NCBI GenBank assembly: GCA_028866835.1
Contig: JAGWHJ010000001.1
Span: 4,636 to 68,635, forward strand
DNA: 64,000 nt
Direction of reading: 5' to 3'
Source of the DNA: Candidatus Micrarchaeota archaeon
GTDB taxonomy: Archaea; Micrarchaeota; Micrarchaeia; Micrarchaeales; CABMGC01
The notes below the pieces were generated by a model that did not search any database, was not told the DNA's origin, and was given only the letters and a program-made list of their open reading frames with translations. Of the stretch, positions 53,810 to 62,294 are shown in pieces. The translations under genes and the position numbers were made by a program. Each line of letters starts with the position of its first letter. Position 1 is the first letter of the stretch.

Positions 53810-55078
53810 ATGGCCGAAAAACCGCACATGAATTTGATCTTCATAGGTCACATTGACCACGGTAAGTCAACCACGGTAGGAAGGCTGCTTTACGACACGA
53901 AGGCAGTCTCGGAGCAGGACATGAAGAAGCTCAAGGAGGAGGTAGCAAAGTACAACAGGCCTACCTTCGAGTTCGCATTCGTAATGGACCAGCTCAAGGA
54001 GGAGAGGGAGAGAGGAATCACCATCGACATCATGCACCGTGACTTCCAGACCCCTAAGTACTACTTCACGATTATAGACGCACCAGGACACAGGGACTTC
54101 GTCAAGAACATGATCACAGGAGCAAGCCAGGCGGATGCAGCAGTGCTCGTGGTCTCATGCCCTGATGGCGTTCAGTCGCAGACAAGGGAGCACGCATACC
54201 TAGCAAGAGTGCTCGGAATAAACCAGCTCATAGTAGGGATAAACAAGATAGACGCGGTCAAGTACGATAAGGCGAAGTTCGACGAGACGAAGGCCAAGGT
54301 CAGCGAGCTGCTCAAGACAGTGGGATACAACGTCGACAAGGTAACGTTCATACCGTACTCTGCGCTTGAAGGCATAAACGTCTCAAGCAAGTCGGACAAG
54401 ATCGACTGGTACAAGGGACCGACGATGCTCGAGGCACTCGACACTCTTCAGGTTCCGGCAAAACCCACGGAGAAGCCATTGAGGCTCCCAATACAGGACG
54501 TCTACAGCATCTCAGGCTTCGGGACCGTCCCTGTAGGGAGAGTGGAGACAGGCTCTGTAAAGCCCGGCGACCAGGTAATAATCATGCCTGGCGGCGCAAA
54601 GACAGAGGTCAGGAGCATCGAGATGCACCACCAGCAGCTGCAGAAGGCAGAGCCTGGAGACAACATCGGCTTCAACATCAAGGGAGTTGACAAGAAGGAC
54701 ATAAAGCGCGGGGACGTCATCGGGCCGACAACGAACCCGCCAACGGTAGCGCAGGAGTTCACCGCGCAGATCGTGGTCATAAACCACCCGACGGCGATAG
54801 CTCCCGGATACACGCCGGTGTTCCACATACACACGATGCAGATAGCATGCACGATAACCGAGATCGCGGAGAAGAAGGATCCGAAGACCGGACAAACGCT
54901 TCAGAAGAATCCTGAATTCATAAAGAACGGGGACGTGGCCATAGTCAAGATAAAGCCGACAAAGCCGATATGCGTGGAGAAGTACAGCGAGTTCCCACAG
55001 CTCGGCAGGTTCGCAATCAGGGACATGGGCCAGACGGTGGCGGCAGGAGTGATCCTGGACGTTGTCAAGAGGGCATGA
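53810..55078 (+). CDS. tuf: translation elongation factor EF-1 alpha
   Basis: [17 protein letters not shown] and NKID G-motifs. AGGTGA lies 6 nt upstream of the ATG. Confidence 0.97.
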   Translation: MAEKPHMNLIFIGHIDHGKSTTVGRLLYDTKAVSEQDMKKLKEEVAKYNRPTFEFAFVMDQLKEERERGITIDIMHRDFQTPKYYFTIIDAPGHRDFVKNMITGASQADAAVLVVSCPDGVQSQTREHAYLARVLGINQLIVGINKIDAVKYDKAKFDETKAKVSELLKTVGYNVDKVTFIPYSALEGINVSSKSDKIDWYKGPTMLEALDTLQVPAKPTEKPLRLPIQDVYSISGFGTVPVGRVETGSVKPGDQVIIMPGGAKTEVRSIEMHHQQLQKAEPGDNIGFNIKGVDKKDIKRGDVIGPTTNPPTVAQEFTAQIVVINHPTAIAPGYTPVFHIHTMQIACTITEIAEKKDPKTGQTLQKNPEFIKNGDVAIVKIKPTKPICVEKYSEFPQLGRFAIRDMGQTVAAGVILDVVKRA

Positions 55079-55082
55079 TTGG

Positions 55083-55388
55083 TTGCCGGTAGCGAGGATA
55101 AAGATAATCAGCAGGAACAAGAGGGACGCGAGCAGCATAGCCAATCAGATAGTCGAGATAGCCAAGTCGATAAACATAAAGTTCAGGGGGCCCATCCCCC
55201 TTCCAACACGGAGGCTGAAGATAGCGACGAGGAAGACCCCTTGCGGCGACGGCTCCCACACCTACGAGCACTGGCAGATGAGAATTCATAAGCGGCTCGT
55301 CGAGGTAGACGGAAGCGAACAGGCGCTCAGGCAGATAATGAGGATACTTGTCCCCGACACGGTGCAGATAGAGATGACGATCTCGTAA
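55083..55388 (+). CDS. rps10: 30S ribosomal protein S10
   Basis: ARIKIIS...GPIPLPTRRLKIATRKTPCGDGSHTYEHWQMRIHKRLVEV. TTG start at 55083 just after the tuf stop; the track uses TTG at 55062. Confidence 0.9.
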   Translation: MPVARIKIISRNKRDASSIANQIVEIAKSINIKFRGPIPLPTRRLKIATRKTPCGDGSHTYEHWQMRIHKRLVEVDGSEQALRQIMRILVPDTVQIEMTIS

Positions 55389-55449
55389 AGGACCTGTGCA
55401 TTCTGGAACCTTGGGTTATTCCATACACAACTCTTTAAAGAATATCCGG

Positions 55450-56064
55450 ATGGTGATCTTTGACTGGAGCGGAGTCATAAGCGACGACCGGAGGCCTGTA
55501 TACGAATCAAACATGCGGGTCCTTGAAGCGCATGGGAAAAAGCGATTCACTTTCGAGGAATGGTTGCCGAGGACGACACTGACCCCGATAGAGCTCTTTG
55601 CAAATCATGGAGTGACTGGAGACCGCGAGGTCCTATTCAGGGAGTACAGGGACAATCTTGCCCAGGTCAAGAAAGAAGGGATAGTCACTACGGTATACCC
55701 CGATGCGAAGGTTGCACTGCAGAGCCTGGCCGAGAAGGGCAAGGAACTTGTTGTGATAAGCAGCCATCCCGAGGAGCATCTGCTGAAAGAAGCAATTGAT
55801 TACGGCGTCAAAAGATATTTCTCGAAGTTCGTTGGTAATGTCAAGGACAAGGCGCAGGAGCTCTCGGAGCTGTGCTCTGTTCAAGGAATAAATCCGCTGG
55901 ACACCGTCTATGTGGGTGACACGATATACGACATACAGGCTGCGAAGAAAGCGGGGGTTCGTTCTGTCGGCATAACGAATGGCTACCACGTGAAGGAGAG
56001 GCTTCGAACGGAAAACCCGGAGTTCATAGTGGATTCGTTAACGGAACTCAGCTCTCTTTTCTAG
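55450..56064 (+). CDS. HAD superfamily hydrolase (phosphoglycolate phosphatase-like, subfamily IA)
   Basis: MVIFDWSGVISDD (motif I variant) and YVGDTIYDIQAAKKAG (motif IV). The track ORF starts at GTG 55396. Confidence 0.7.
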   Translation: MVIFDWSGVISDDRRPVYESNMRVLEAHGKKRFTFEEWLPRTTLTPIELFANHGVTGDREVLFREYRDNLAQVKKEGIVTTVYPDAKVALQSLAEKGKELVVISSHPEEHLLKEAIDYGVKRYFSKFVGNVKDKAQELSELCSVQGINPLDTVYVGDTIYDIQAAKKAGVRSVGITNGYHVKERLRTENPEFIVDSLTELSSLF

Positions 56065-56085
56065 AGCTTGCAAAAGCCAGGCAAA

Positions 56086-56763
56086 TCATGCGCGTATCTG
56101 TACTATTCCTTTGATGGCCTTTACCTCGTCGGTCGCGTAAGGCGATGCATATGCTTTCTGCGCTGACATCAGCATGGGCCTGTCCAGTCCGCTGTCGCCA
56201 ACAACCCTGCAATCCCGCAGCGTGAGCCCATGCCCGGCCAGCATCTGTTCTGTTGCATGCAGCTTCTCCTCGCCTGATGCTATAGCTGTCTTGAACCCTC
56301 TCAGCCTGCCCGAATCGTCAAAGATCTCGCGGTTGTGCCTTGAACCAGTAAGTTCTCTCCTGAAAAGATCCATCTGCGCGAACGTTGCCGCGGATGTCCC
56401 TGCAGCGGTCGCCAGGAACGCCATTCCACCAAGCCCCAGCTGCATGTCCACCATCCGGAAGACCGTTCCTATCAAGCGGCCCCTTATGTAATCTGCGGCA
56501 ATCCGGTACATCTCGTCACGCCTGCCCAGCCCATTTGCCAGGAGGAGCCCATAGAGCATCTCCTGCGCGATCATCTCCCCTTCGAAGCCGTTTCGGATCG
56601 CAAGCATCTCCTCTATCTCGGACTTGCCCTTCAGGCCGCGGGCAACCGTTGGCAGGTGAAGCCGCCTCAATTCCTGCATCAATATTGCTTTTCCGATGCC
56701 TTCGGTGACCCTCCCTCTCCATAAGGTATTGTCCCCATCAACTACCACTGCCCTTGTTGCCAT
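56086..56763 (-). CDS. HAD superfamily hydrolase (subfamily IB-like)
   Basis: AVVVDGDNTLW (DxD motif I) and VVGDSGLDRPML (motif IV). Confidence 0.6.
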   Translation of the reverse strand: MATRAVVVDGDNTLWRGRVTEGIGKAILMQELRRLHLPTVARGLKGKSEIEEMLAIRNGFEGEMIAQEMLYGLLLANGLGRRDEMYRIAADYIRGRLIGTVFRMVDMQLGLGGMAFLATAAGTSAATFAQMDLFRRELTGSRHNREIFDDSGRLRGFKTAIASGEEKLHATEQMLAGHGLTLRDCRVVGDSGLDRPMLMSAQKAYASPYATDEVKAIKGIVQIRA

Positions 56764-56964
56764 GCAAACACAAATTAGTGCTGGGTCTTCTCATATTTAA
56801 GCTTATTTTCGCGCCAGCCGCCCTCTGCATCATATATATCTGGGTATATGATTCTTACTTCCCAGTATGAACTTTTATTACAATACCGGTTGTGCCAGTA
56901 TTGCCGTTTTGGGGAAAAGGTATTTAAATATATACCCGTCTACAACTATAACTAGGCGATCAGC

Positions 56965-58020
56965 ATGGTAGAGTTCACAAATGAACTATTTGGTAATAAG
57001 CAGGCAGCAGAGGAGAGCCCATCGGCAATTGGGCCGCAGATAAAGATAGTAACAATCGGGTGCGGAGGAGCTGGGAACAACACTGTAAACAGGCTACTTA
57101 AGGTTGGCGTGAAGGGCACGGACCTTATTGCGGTAAACACTGATGTTCAGCACTTCAAAATAATCGATGACAGGATCAAGAAGATATTGATCGGGAAGAG
57201 CCTTACAAGAGGGCTCGGAGCGGGAGGAGACCCTGAGATTGGAGCAAAGGCAGCTGAGGTTGACAGGCAGCAGCTTGAGGAGATTCTGTCGGGCGCACAC
57301 CTTGTATTCCTGTGCGCAGGAATGGGAGGCGGTACAGGTACCGGATCCATATCGGTGATAGCGCAGATTGCAAAAGAGCAGGGCGCCATCGTCGTATCAA
57401 TGGTAACGTACCCATTCGACCTTGAGAGGGTAAGGAAGGTGAAAGCCGAGGAAGGAATACAGCGCTTGAGGAAGTACAGCGACAGCGTCATCATACTTGA
57501 CAACAACAGGCTGGTCAAGTTGGTGCCAAACCTTCCTATGAACGAGGCCTTCGGAGTTGCGGACGAGATACTTGCAAAGGCGATAGGCGGATTGGTCTGG
57601 ACGATAACGCAGCCAAGCCTCATAAACATAGACTTCGCTGACGTAAGATCAATCATGGGAAGCGGAGATGTCGGCTTCATATCGGTAGGAACAGGAAAGG
57701 GCAACGACAAGGTAACGAGCGCTGCTGACGCGGTGCTGAAGAACAAGTTGCTTGACGTTGACTTCGAGAACGCAAAAGGAGCGCTTATACACATTTCGGG
57801 CGCATCAGACCTGACGCTAGGCGACGCGATAAAGGCTGGTGAAGTGATCACGGAGCGCATGGACCCTAAGGCGAATGTCAAATGGGGCGCGAGGATCATA
57901 CCAGGGTATGAAGGCCAGCTTGAGATAGTAGCGATCGTGACGGGCGTACGGGGCTCCAGCATCGTAGGCAAGTTCGAGGAGCAGAAGCAGGTGCGCTACG
58001 GAGACGTCGACATGATATAG
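56965..58020 (+). CDS. ftsZ: cell division GTPase FtsZ, paralog 1
   Basis: GCGGAGNNTVNRL, GLGAGGDPEIG and GMGGGTGTGS (tubulin signature). Confidence 0.95.
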   Translation: MVEFTNELFGNKQAAEESPSAIGPQIKIVTIGCGGAGNNTVNRLLKVGVKGTDLIAVNTDVQHFKIIDDRIKKILIGKSLTRGLGAGGDPEIGAKAAEVDRQQLEEILSGAHLVFLCAGMGGGTGTGSISVIAQIAKEQGAIVVSMVTYPFDLERVRKVKAEEGIQRLRKYSDSVIILDNNRLVKLVPNLPMNEAFGVADEILAKAIGGLVWTITQPSLINIDFADVRSIMGSGDVGFISVGTGKGNDKVTSAADAVLKNKLLDVDFENAKGALIHISGASDLTLGDAIKAGEVITERMDPKANVKWGARIIPGYEGQLEIVAIVTGVRGSSIVGKFEEQKQVRYGDVDMI

Positions 58021-58066
58021 AACCGTTTTGGTTCTGTATCAGTCTCATGTTAAATGGTGACCAGGG

Positions 58067-59083
58067 ATGTCTGACAACCAGTTCGATTACGATGCGTTCT
58101 CACCGAAAGTGGCAGTGGTAGGCGTCGGTGGCCAAGGAAGCAACCTAGTGAATAGGCTGTACGGGTACGGCATGAAGAGCGCCGACACGATAGCCTTGAA
58201 CACTGACATAGGCCACTTGAACATAATAAAGGCCAGCAAGAAGCTGCTCATCGGAAAGGACATAACGAACGGGCTGGGTGCCGGCGGTTTCCCCGAGGTG
58301 GCAGCCAAGTGCGCTGATGCAAGCAGAGGAGAGATAGAGAAGGCCCTTGCGGATTACAACCTGATTTTCATAGCAGCCGGTATGGGAGGAGGAACGGGGA
58401 CTGGCGCTGCGCCGGTGGTCGCAAAGATAGCAAGGGAGACGGGGGCTACCGTAATAGCAACAGTGACCTATCCATTCGCGCTTGAGAGGAGCAGGAAGCT
58501 GAAGGCCGATTGGGGCCTCGAGCAGCTCCAGAAGGAGGCGGACTGCACGATTGTGATAGAGAATGACAAGCTGCTGTCATATGTGCCGAACCTTCCGATA
58601 GAGAGGGCGTTCGAGCTCGTTGACAACATAACGGGCAACGCTGTCAAGGGGATATCTGACGCGATAACCTTGCCGAGCCTGATCAACCTTGACTTCGCTG
58701 ATCTCAGGAACATTGTAAGGAACACAGGCACTGCGGTCATAAGCATAGGCTCGGGAAGAGGGGCAAACAGAGTGGAGCAGGCAATAGCATCCACGAAGGC
58801 CCATCCATTGCTTTCTGTAGAGTACGAAGGGGCAAAGGGCGCGCTCATCCATGTAGCAGGAGGAGGCAACCTTACGATAAGAGAGGCGACAAGGATAGGA
58901 GAGGGCGTAACGGACGGCTTGCTCGATAATGCGAACGTCATCTTCGGGGCAAGGATGGTTCCGGATCTCAGCGACGAGATACGCGTGATGTCGGTTGTCA
59001 CTGGAGTTAAGGCGAAGTTCGGCCAGAAGAGGGACGAGAAGGCGCCTGCGCTAAACCTGACAGCGATAGACACCCTCTACTGA
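58067..59083 (+). CDS. ftsZ: cell division GTPase FtsZ, paralog 2
   Basis: GVGGQGSNLVNRL, GLGAGGFPEV and GMGGGTGTGAAPVVAKIA. Confidence 0.95.
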   Translation: MSDNQFDYDAFSPKVAVVGVGGQGSNLVNRLYGYGMKSADTIALNTDIGHLNIIKASKKLLIGKDITNGLGAGGFPEVAAKCADASRGEIEKALADYNLIFIAAGMGGGTGTGAAPVVAKIARETGATVIATVTYPFALERSRKLKADWGLEQLQKEADCTIVIENDKLLSYVPNLPIERAFELVDNITGNAVKGISDAITLPSLINLDFADLRNIVRNTGTAVISIGSGRGANRVEQAIASTKAHPLLSVEYEGAKGALIHVAGGGNLTIREATRIGEGVTDGLLDNANVIFGARMVPDLSDEIRVMSVVTGVKAKFGQKRDEKAPALNLTAIDTLY

Positions 59084-59098
59084 TAACGCTTTACATTT

Positions 59099-59124
59099 GG
59101 GGGATTTCCCCCTTCTTTTTCTTC
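59099..59124 (+). terminator. GC hairpin GGGGG-attt-CCCCC followed by T-rich tract
   Basis: It lies 16 nt after the ftsZ2 stop, and the oligo-T TTCTTTTTCTT follows directly. Confidence 0.5.
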
Positions 59125-59225
59125 ATTGGTAATGCTTTTGTTTATCTGCGATGATTTGCAGAGGAGAAGGCTTTTTATAGTTGTCTTCAGTATATCAACA
59201 GCGTGATTCATTGCCAGAAGACATA

Positions 59226-59615
59226 ATGTACTCCTCAATGAAAGAGATCAAACCGGGAAGATTCATACTTATAGATGGAGTTCCTTGTAGGGTAGTGGAG
59301 ATGGACTTCTCCGCGCCTGGGAAGCACGGCGCTGCGAAGGTAAGGCTCACTGCGGTAGGCATATTCGATGGCCAGAAGCGCAGCCTTCTCAAGCCAAGCT
59401 CTGCCGATGTTGAAGTGCCGGTCATAAACAAGACAAAGGCGCAGGTCGTCTCAGTCACTGAGGCAAGCGCGCAGCTCATGGACCTGCAGAGCTACGAGAC
59501 ATATGAACTGCCCATACCGGAGGATCTCAAGGAAGGCGTCAAGGGTGGCGCCGAAGTGGAGGTCATGGAGAGCATGGGGAAGCGCGCCATAGTAAGAGTA
59601 CTTGGCAGCTCATGA
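59226..59615 (+). CDS. eif5a: translation initiation factor 5A (aIF5A)
   Basis: Hypusine loop SAPGKHGAAKVRL. ATG at 59226; the track starts at TTG 59181. Confidence 0.9.
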   Translation: MYSSMKEIKPGRFILIDGVPCRVVEMDFSAPGKHGAAKVRLTAVGIFDGQKRSLLKPSSADVEVPVINKTKAQVVSVTEASAQLMDLQSYETYELPIPEDLKEGVKGGAEVEVMESMGKRAIVRVLGSS

Positions 59616-59637
59616 TACTTACCAGACGGTTGATAGA

Positions 59638-59997
59638 ATGGAGATACGAATTGAACAGGATACAAACAACAAGCTGCTAGGCAGGAGGGAGGTCCACTTC
59701 ACTGCCACTTACGGTGACAAGACGCCATCCAAGGCGGAGGTGAAGGAGAGCATCTGCAAGAAGCTCAACATGGACCCGGAGGCCACGGAGGTGGTGAAGA
59801 TAAAGCAGCTCTATGGCAACAAGTCAAGCTCAATTGTCGTTTACGGCTATGAGACGAAGGAGCTAATGCAGAAGATGGCTCCAAAGGTGAAGGAGAAGAA
59901 GGCGAAGGCCGGAGGCAAGGAGGCGCCGAAGAAGGCGGAGGAGCCGAAGGCTGCCCCGAAGGAGGAGGAGGCCAAGAAGGCCGAGGCCCCTAAGTAG
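59638..59997 (+). CDS. rps24e: 30S ribosomal protein S24e with Lys/Ala/Glu/Pro-rich C-terminal tail
   Basis: [11 protein letters not shown]...[14 protein letters not shown] is the S24e core. About 39 aa of low-complexity tail follow. ATG at 59638. Confidence 0.85.
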   Translation: MEIRIEQDTNNKLLGRREVHFTATYGDKTPSKAEVKESICKKLNMDPEATEVVKIKQLYGNKSSSIVVYGYETKELMQKMAPKVKEKKAKAGGKEAPKKAEEPKAAPKEEEAKKAEAPK

Positions 59998-60005
59998 GTG
60001 TGATC

Positions 60006-60197
60006 ATGGCCGACGCAAACGCTGCCGCCCCTGCAAAGGCCGCTGCCCCAAAAAAGGCGAAGAAGGCCGGGCCTTACAAGCCAGCATCCAAGTTCTGCCC
60101 TAAGTGCGGGGCCAGGATGGCCGCCCATGCCGACAGGTTCGCTTGCGGCAGGTGCAACTATACAGAATGGAAGAGCGCTGGCGGCAAAGGTAAATAG
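60006..60197 (+). CDS. rps27ae: 30S ribosomal protein S27ae
   Basis: Zinc ribbon [25 protein letters not shown], in the conserved position after S24e. Confidence 0.85.
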   Translation: MADANAAAPAKAAAPKKAKKAGPYKPASKFCPKCGARMAAHADRFACGRCNYTEWKSAGGKGK

Positions 60198-61109
60198 ATG
60201 GCCGCGAAGAGGAAGGCTAGGAGAAGGGCGGCAAGGAGGGAGGGGAAGAACCCGCTTGTCCTGATAGCAGCGTTCCTGCTCATCGTAGTGTTCGGTTCGC
60301 TCGCAGTGTCCGCGATGTGGCAGGTGCCATTGACCGCTAGCGCGGCGGCATCGCTTTCGGAGGCGCTTGTCGCAGTGATGGTGCTGTCAGGGATCATCTC
60401 GCTGGTGCTGTACTTCTTCCTTTACGACAAATTGGTAGCACCAGTGGTGTTCGGATGGATATACCTTCTCATCGCCCTTGTGATACTTGCCTTTGCGCTG
60501 GGCACCGGGCAGGTCTCGCAGTCGTACCAGAGCTTCGGCGCCGAGGCGGCAGTGCTGCTCGCATTCTCCATAGCCGTATTCGTATATCTCTGGATCTACA
60601 AGGGATGCTGGATAACCGGTCTCTGGCCCGACATTGGAAAGATAGCCAGGTCGCTGGGCCTTTCTCCTGACAGGATAAGCCTCAGGAACATTGGAATAGG
60701 CCTGCTGATGGCTGCGGCGGTGTTCGCGCTCGAGATCGTTGTCGGGCTAATAAGCACTGCCACGAACACGGCCATAAACACCAACGACACGGTGATGCTG
60801 ATCGGCGCGCCGGCGTGGTTCCTCTTCTTCATAGCCGTGATAGAGCCCATAAACGAGGAGGTGCTCTTCAGGGGGTTCATGGTGCCGAGGGTCGGCATAG
60901 TCATAAGCGCCGTGCTTTTCGGCGTCGGCCATGCAGGATACAACTCAACGTTCGCTGTGGAGGTCATTGCTGCGTTCATCTTCGGGCTGATAGCGGGATA
61001 TGCCTACAAGAGGACCAACTCGCTGTATCCGAGCATCATAGCGCACATAATAGTGAACAGCATAGCCGTGGCCGGATTCCTTTTCATGCCTACGGGTGTG
61101 TGCTGTTGA
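60198..61109 (+). CDS. CPBP family intramembrane glutamic endopeptidase (CAAX protease/Abi)
   Basis: EPINEEVLFRGF, FGVGHAGYN and IIAHIIVNS motifs in TM helices. Confidence 0.8.
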   Translation: MAAKRKARRRAARREGKNPLVLIAAFLLIVVFGSLAVSAMWQVPLTASAAASLSEALVAVMVLSGIISLVLYFFLYDKLVAPVVFGWIYLLIALVILAFALGTGQVSQSYQSFGAEAAVLLAFSIAVFVYLWIYKGCWITGLWPDIGKIARSLGLSPDRISLRNIGIGLLMAAAVFALEIVVGLISTATNTAINTNDTVMLIGAPAWFLFFIAVIEPINEEVLFRGFMVPRVGIVISAVLFGVGHAGYNSTFAVEVIAAFIFGLIAGYAYKRTNSLYPSIIAHIIVNSIAVAGFLFMPTGVCC

Positions 61110-61795
61110 AGCTCAAGGTAGTGATCGTAGAGCCGAGCTATGAGATAAACATAGGCTACATAGCCCGCGTCTCGAAGAACTTCGGCGTCTCTAAGCTCTT
61201 CTTCGTTAACCCTAAGGCGAACCTGAAGGGAGATCAGGCAATAATGTTCGCGAAGCATGCCAGGAACCTGCTCGAGAGCGCGAGGGTCTACAGGGATTTC
61301 GAATCATCAGTAAGGGACTGCGACATAGTGCTCGGAACGACAGGCGTATGGAGGAAGGCCAGGGCCAATTTCAAGCGCATATACCTGCTCGATGATGCGG
61401 TAACGATGCTGAAGAGGACGGGGAAGGGGAGCACCAGGGTTGCAATAGTGATCGGCAGGGACGACACAGGCCTTAACATGGCAGAGCTCGAGCGATGCGA
61501 CATGCTCGCTTACATAGGCACGAACGGCAGGTACCCGGTACTGAACATCTCGCACGCGCTCGCCATACTGCTTTACAGGCTCACAAAGGATGACTTCAAG
61601 GCCGAGTATGGCAGCATCTCGGACAGGACGGTAGATGCGAAGGAGGTGGAGCACCTGCTGAAGGTCTTTGACCGCCTTACCGGAAGCAAAAAGATAAGGA
61701 ATAGAAAAGCGGTGAGGGCAGTCTTTAAGCGAATGCTCTATCTCTCGCAGCCTAACAGGCAGGAGATACACGCCCTGATAACCGCCCTTAAATGA
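61106..61795 (+). CDS. SpoU/TrmH-class RNA 2'-O-methyltransferase (TrmJ-like)
   Basis: KVVIVEPSYEINIGYIARVSKNFG, VIGRDDTGL and VLNISHALAILLY motifs. The TTG start at 61106 overlaps the upstream stop (TTGA). The part of track ORF 60815.. upstream of this is shadow. Confidence 0.75.
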   Translation: MKLKVVIVEPSYEINIGYIARVSKNFGVSKLFFVNPKANLKGDQAIMFAKHARNLLESARVYRDFESSVRDCDIVLGTTGVWRKARANFKRIYLLDDAVTMLKRTGKGSTRVAIVIGRDDTGLNMAELERCDMLAYIGTNGRYPVLNISHALAILLYRLTKDDFKAEYGSISDRTVDAKEVEHLLKVFDRLTGSKKIRNRKAVRAVFKRMLYLSQPNRQEIHALITALK

Positions 61796-62170
61796 TTATC
61801 TCTGAGGAGGTCTCTTTCTCTTTATTATCTTGACCTTTGAAGGCGTTATCAATACCCTTGTGGCATCGATCTGGCCTATGTCACCGTTTAGAGATTCCAC
61901 GTACCTCTTGAGCTCCGTCACGACGTTGTTGCGCGTGTTGGGCCTCTTGTTGAGTTCGGTTATGTCGAGGAGTATGATGTTCTTCTTCGCTATCTCTTCC
62001 TCTATTGGCTTAACCTCTTCCTCACTGGTAATAGATACAGGCTTTATGTACATGTCTGCAGGTTCATGCATCATGTCCACATCCTCCATCTCTACCGAAT
62101 TCATGTAGTCCTCTATGTTTATCTCTTTAGACGAGCCAAATGCCTGGCCAAGCTTGTTAAAAACTCCCAT
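61796..62170 (-). CDS. sepF: cell division protein SepF (FtsZ membrane anchor)
   Basis: N-terminal amphipathic MGVFNKLGQAFG. The C-terminal domain MYIKPVSITSEEEVKPIEEEIAKKNIILLDITEL...GDIGQIDATRVLITPSKVKI matches the SepF/DUF552 layout. Confidence 0.7.
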   Translation of the reverse strand: MGVFNKLGQAFGSSKEINIEDYMNSVEMEDVDMMHEPADMYIKPVSITSEEEVKPIEEEIAKKNIILLDITELNKRPNTRNNVVTELKRYVESLNGDIGQIDATRVLITPSKVKIIKRKRPPQR

Positions 62171-62268
62171 TTTCTCACCGATCGCCGGTTGTTTTCCTGA
62201 GAATATCTATGTTCTCTTATTTTTATATAGCTTTCTGTCTTTTCTTTTTATGTCGGTGGCCATGATGG

Positions 62269-62294
62269 ATCGCAAAAACACCGGATTTTGCGAT
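62269..62294 (-). other. perfect 9-bp hairpin abutting the hel308 stop codon
   Basis: ATCGCAAAA-acaccgga-TTTTGCGAT. There is no oligo-T after it on the transcribed strand, so a terminator role is uncertain. Confidence 0.3.

Noticed and set aside
54512-55144. 210-aa minus-strand ORF
   Set aside because: It is antisense to EF-1alpha.
57147-59073. Long minus-strand ORFs 57147..57971 (274 aa) and 58468..59073 (201 aa)
   Set aside because: They are antisense to the two unmistakable ftsZ genes, and their Ser/Pro/Thr/Leu-rich composition is typical of shadow frames.
60815-61105. 5' part of track ORF 60815..61795
   Set aside because: It overlaps the CPBP protease gene in another frame and is Arg/His-rich. 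The methyltransferase homology starts only at KLKVVIVEP, so the start was moved to TTG at 61106.
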